Assembly (NCBI GenBank): GCA_902533295.1
Contig: CACALG010000001.1
Span: 19,048 to 83,047, forward strand
From: an uncultured marine group III euryarchaeote
GTDB lineage: Archaea; Thermoplasmatota; Poseidoniia; MGIII; CG-Epi1
DNA length: 64,000 nucleotides
Direction: 5' to 3'
In this document: positions 59,162 through 64,000 of the stretch, piece by piece
Position numbering within the stretch: position 1 is the first letter of the stretch
How the letters are laid out: each line of letters begins with the position of its first letter
Made by a program: the position numbers and the translations under genes
The notes under the pieces: generated by a model
Databases searched by the model: none
Told to the model about the DNA's origin: nothing
The model's input: the letters and a program-made list of their open reading frames with translations, nothing else

Positions 59162-60100
59162 TTATTTAGAAAGCTTTTCCATCCTTTCTTCATATATCTT
59201 ATCATTAATCAATCCTTCAGCATGCAATTCTTTAAGTTGATCAATCTTAACTTGCAAAGAACCACTTGAAGCTTCTTTCTCAATATTTGATTTACTTACA
59301 ACACTATCTTTGATAATTGTGTCTCTGTCATCTACATAAGTTGTTGTTGTATCTCTATCATCTATATAATTTCCTTGAACAATTGTTGTAGGTGGTCCTG
59401 CACTCACTTGCATCTTACTCTTATTAACACGACGTATATCCTCTACCCTATCTAATTCTCTATACAAATCAAGTGCATGTTCATAATCTAATTGTCTCTC
59501 ATACTTCCTAGCTAATTCTAACTTCTTCGCTACCTTTCTATCTGCCTCCTCTCGCCTCTTTTTATCCTTTAATTCATTCTTAAGCTCAGCCTTCTTAGCT
59601 CTGAGTTTTTCCAATTCGGGATCAACAGATTTACTTGATGGTTCAACTTTTTCTCTAGGGTTGTTAAACTTTTGACTCGTATTTGGGATTTCATTTTTAA
59701 ATTCCTGATTAGTAGTGTCGTGAACATTTACAGGACACAGACCAAACAGAACTTGGGCATCTGTTTGCGATACAAAAGTAGAGGCTGCCATAAACTGATA
59801 TTTTTCTTGAGCATATCCATTGTCATAACTGAAATTAAAGAATTGCTTACCATTTCCAGTAATCCATTTTGTTCGCATTTTGATTAATTCAAAGGCCATT
59901 TGATTAGTGGCATCTCCACAGACCAAAAGTCTCGTATTAGTCAAAAAAATATTTGCCTTACTGTATATTGTATTTTTACCCAAATATGAATCTGTTGTAG
60001 TAATATTGTAAAATTTTTGAATTGTTACATTGGCTCCATTTCCTCCAGAAGACCAAACAATATGCTCATTAGCCTCAAGCAAAGGATTCGTATTAGGCAT
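59162..60100 (-). CDS. Hypothetical protein: N-terminal PH-like/bPH-type domain, Lys/Glu-rich coiled-coil, C-terminal SHOCT-like motif
   Basis: C-terminal LKELHAEGLINDKIYEERMEKLSK resembles SHOCT (L..L...G.IT..E...++..LL); N-terminal ANIFLTNTRLLVCGD. Confidence 0.4.
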   Translation of the reverse strand: MPNTNPLLEANEHIVWSSGGNGANVTIQKFYNITTTDSYLGKNTIYSKANIFLTNTRLLVCGDATNQMAFELIKMRTKWITGNGKQFFNFSYDNGYAQEKYQFMAASTFVSQTDAQVLFGLCPVNVHDTTNQEFKNEIPNTSQKFNNPREKVEPSSKSVDPELEKLRAKKAELKNELKDKKRREEADRKVAKKLELARKYERQLDYEHALDLYRELDRVEDIRRVNKSKMQVSAGPPTTIVQGNYIDDRDTTTTYVDDRDTIIKDSVVSKSNIEKEASSGSLQVKIDQLKELHAEGLINDKIYEERMEKLSK

Positions 60101-60190
60101 ATCTAATTACTATAAGTGGAGTTTTAGAAACTTTCTCCAAAAGATTCATTCTATACACATAAATATAATAAATCCCTCACAGATAGAGCT

Positions 60191-60807
60191 ATGAGGAAAA
60201 AAATGTCATTTGAAGTACCTGATTTACCGTACGACTACAGCGCTCTTGAACCATACATAGATGAAGAAACTATGCGAATACATCATGACAAACATCATGC
60301 TGCATATGTTAACATGTTGAATGGTGCAGTTGAAGCTGCAGGAATAAAGGGAAAATCTGTAAAAGAATTAATCACAGACTTGGATTCTGTACCTGAAGCT
60401 CAAAGAGGAGCTGTTAGAAACCATGGTGGTGGGCACTTTAATCACTCACTATTTTGGGAAGTCATGGGTCCAGTTAATGGTGAAATGAGTTCCGATCTGA
60501 ACACAGCACTTTTGGAAGCATTTGGATCATTAGATGATTTTAAAGCTAAATTTCAGAACGCAGGAATGACACGCTTTGGCTCTGGATGGGCCTGGTTATG
60601 TTCAAATAATGGAAAATTGGAAATATGTTCTACTGCAAATCAAGATAATCCAATTATGGGTAACAAATACGGTGGAACTGATGGAGAGATACCAATCCTA
60701 GGAATTGATGTTTGGGAACATGCATATTATCTGAATTATCAAAATTTGAGGGCAGATTACATTTCAGCTTTCTTCAATGTTATTAATTGGGCTGAAGTCT
60801 CAAGGCG

Positions 60808-60826
<19 letters not shown>
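60191..60826 (+). CDS. sod: Fe/Mn superoxide dismutase
   Basis: [20 protein letters not shown], and DVWEHAYY signatures. Confidence 0.9.
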
Positions 60827-63086
<2,260 letters not shown>

Positions 63087-63105
63087 CTATAAAGATATCT
63101 TACGA

Positions 63106-64000
63106 TTATATAGCTAAAGAACCCATAGGATCCCAAGGAGGAAGACCTATTGGTTCAGTATTGTATAAATCTACTAATTTTTTTGTAAGATGCTTTTTGT
63201 GAACCACTACTTCATACATGAATTGATCAAACCACGGATCTGTCATAATGTCATATCCTTTTTCACCATGATCTGCCCCCCAACTATTCTCTACTCTCCA
63301 CTTGACAGGACTATTATTTTTCAAATCAACGCCTGTGAACAACATTGCATGCGTCATAACACTGTCACCATAATCTAGCCTTTCAGCCTTATCCATTCCA
63401 AAAGTAGTACCAAAGAACTTATCAAACTCAAATAAATTAGTATCCATTACTCCAAACTCACGTGTAAAGAATTTACCTACATCACACCCAAACCATACTG
63501 GATCATCGGCCTTAATCGACTTTATGGTATATTTTTTCAATTCTTCATTTTCCAAATTAAGATATCTAATTATATTTCCACCATAAACATTTCCTAAATA
63601 TTCTACAGTATATGTTTTGTTATATTCAGTGAATTGCCTTGGATCATTAATTAAACAGACGAAATCATTTAAATCAATATCAACATGTTTTTTGAAAAAC
63701 GTTTGAGGAGTCAAATCTGTAAATCTCCTGAATTTATCCTTCTTGTCCCGTATGGACCAATCAAATTTCTCAGGAGGAGTTCCCAAACTAATACACAACA
63801 TTTGATATACTATTGAAAGCATCTCATCCTTCATTTTGGATACCTCAGCCTTGGATTTTCCTTTATTCACGGCAGCTCTGAGTTCTTTAGCGCTCTCACG
63901 TAATTTTCTAGTTATTAGCTTGTTCATTTGAGCTGAATGACTGCTATGAAAACTTTCAGCCATCAATTTTTTGGGAACTGTGCCATATTTCATCAATAAA
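63106..64000 (-). CDS. pepC: Peptidase C1B (bleomycin hydrolase/aminopeptidase C)-like, C-terminal part only; N-terminus lies beyond the window edge
   Basis: WRVENSWGADHGEKGY (papain-like His/Asn region). Frame still open at nt 64000. The catalytic Cys region is absent from the visible part. Confidence 0.55.
   Translation of the reverse strand, partial: LLMKYGTVPKKLMAESFHSSHSAQMNKLITRKLRESAKELRAAVNKGKSKAEVSKMKDEMLSIVYQMLCISLGTPPEKFDWSIRDKKDKFRRFTDLTPQTFFKKHVDIDLNDFVCLINDPRQFTEYNKTYTVEYLGNVYGGNIIRYLNLENEELKKYTIKSIKADDPVWFGCDVGKFFTREFGVMDTNLFEFDKFFGTTFGMDKAERLDYGDSVMTHAMLFTGVDLKNNSPVKWRVENSWGADHGEKGYDIMTDPWFDQFMYEVVVHKKHLTKKLVDLYNTEPIGLPPWDPMGSLAI

Overview
This 64 kb window is low-GC (roughly 35%) archaeal chromosomal DNA, apparently from a euryarchaeote such as a Thermoplasmatota or Marine-Group-II-like lineage. 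That lineage call is low confidence and rests only on 16S features and gene content. Archaeal hallmark genes present are aRF1, r-protein L15e, type II GAPDH, a Gins51-like protein, the tRNA splicing endonuclease EndA, Trm5, SRP54, AlaX and an intron-containing tRNA-Trp. The window contains:
- A stand-alone 16S rRNA gene on the minus strand (9240-10707) with no linked 23S or 5S.
- tRNA-Val(GAC), and tRNA-Trp(CCA) carrying a ~96-nt intron with box C/D-like motifs.
- About 50 protein genes, mostly housekeeping: purB, purD, pyrE, rpe, nadK, nnr, aspS, gdhA, sod, gap, panE and sufS-like.
- Four large secreted, C-terminally membrane-anchored surface proteins: a 1735-aa BNR/Asp-box repeat protein, a 1720-aa parallel beta-helix protein, an 854-aa CARDB-repeat protein and a 777-aa thioredoxin-like plus Ig-like protein.

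The most unusual locus is at 42.2-47.2 kb. It is a two-gene cassette between gap and the GINS gene. It encodes a McrB-family AAA+ GTPase domain fused behind an N-terminal zinc ribbon and a polytopic membrane domain of about 8 TM segments, followed by a 697-aa partner with a PD-(D/E)xK-like (E..EAKY) motif and a very long acidic tail. This is a candidate membrane-integrated McrBC-like GTPase-nuclease system that I have not seen described.

Other notable points:
- A MacB/FtsX-type ABC transporter cluster (49.5-54.9 kb) has its first ATPase and first permease broken at three A6/A7 homopolymers, and its second permease carries extracytoplasmic pentapeptide repeats.
- A conserved cytoplasmic tail module is shared between the beta-helix giant and the edge-truncated ORF at nt 1-477.
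- EndA has an N-terminal domain encoded in frame without a canonical start codon.
- One gene (57588-58631) contains a near-identical ~515-bp tandem duplication.

No CRISPR array, transposase or integrase was seen.
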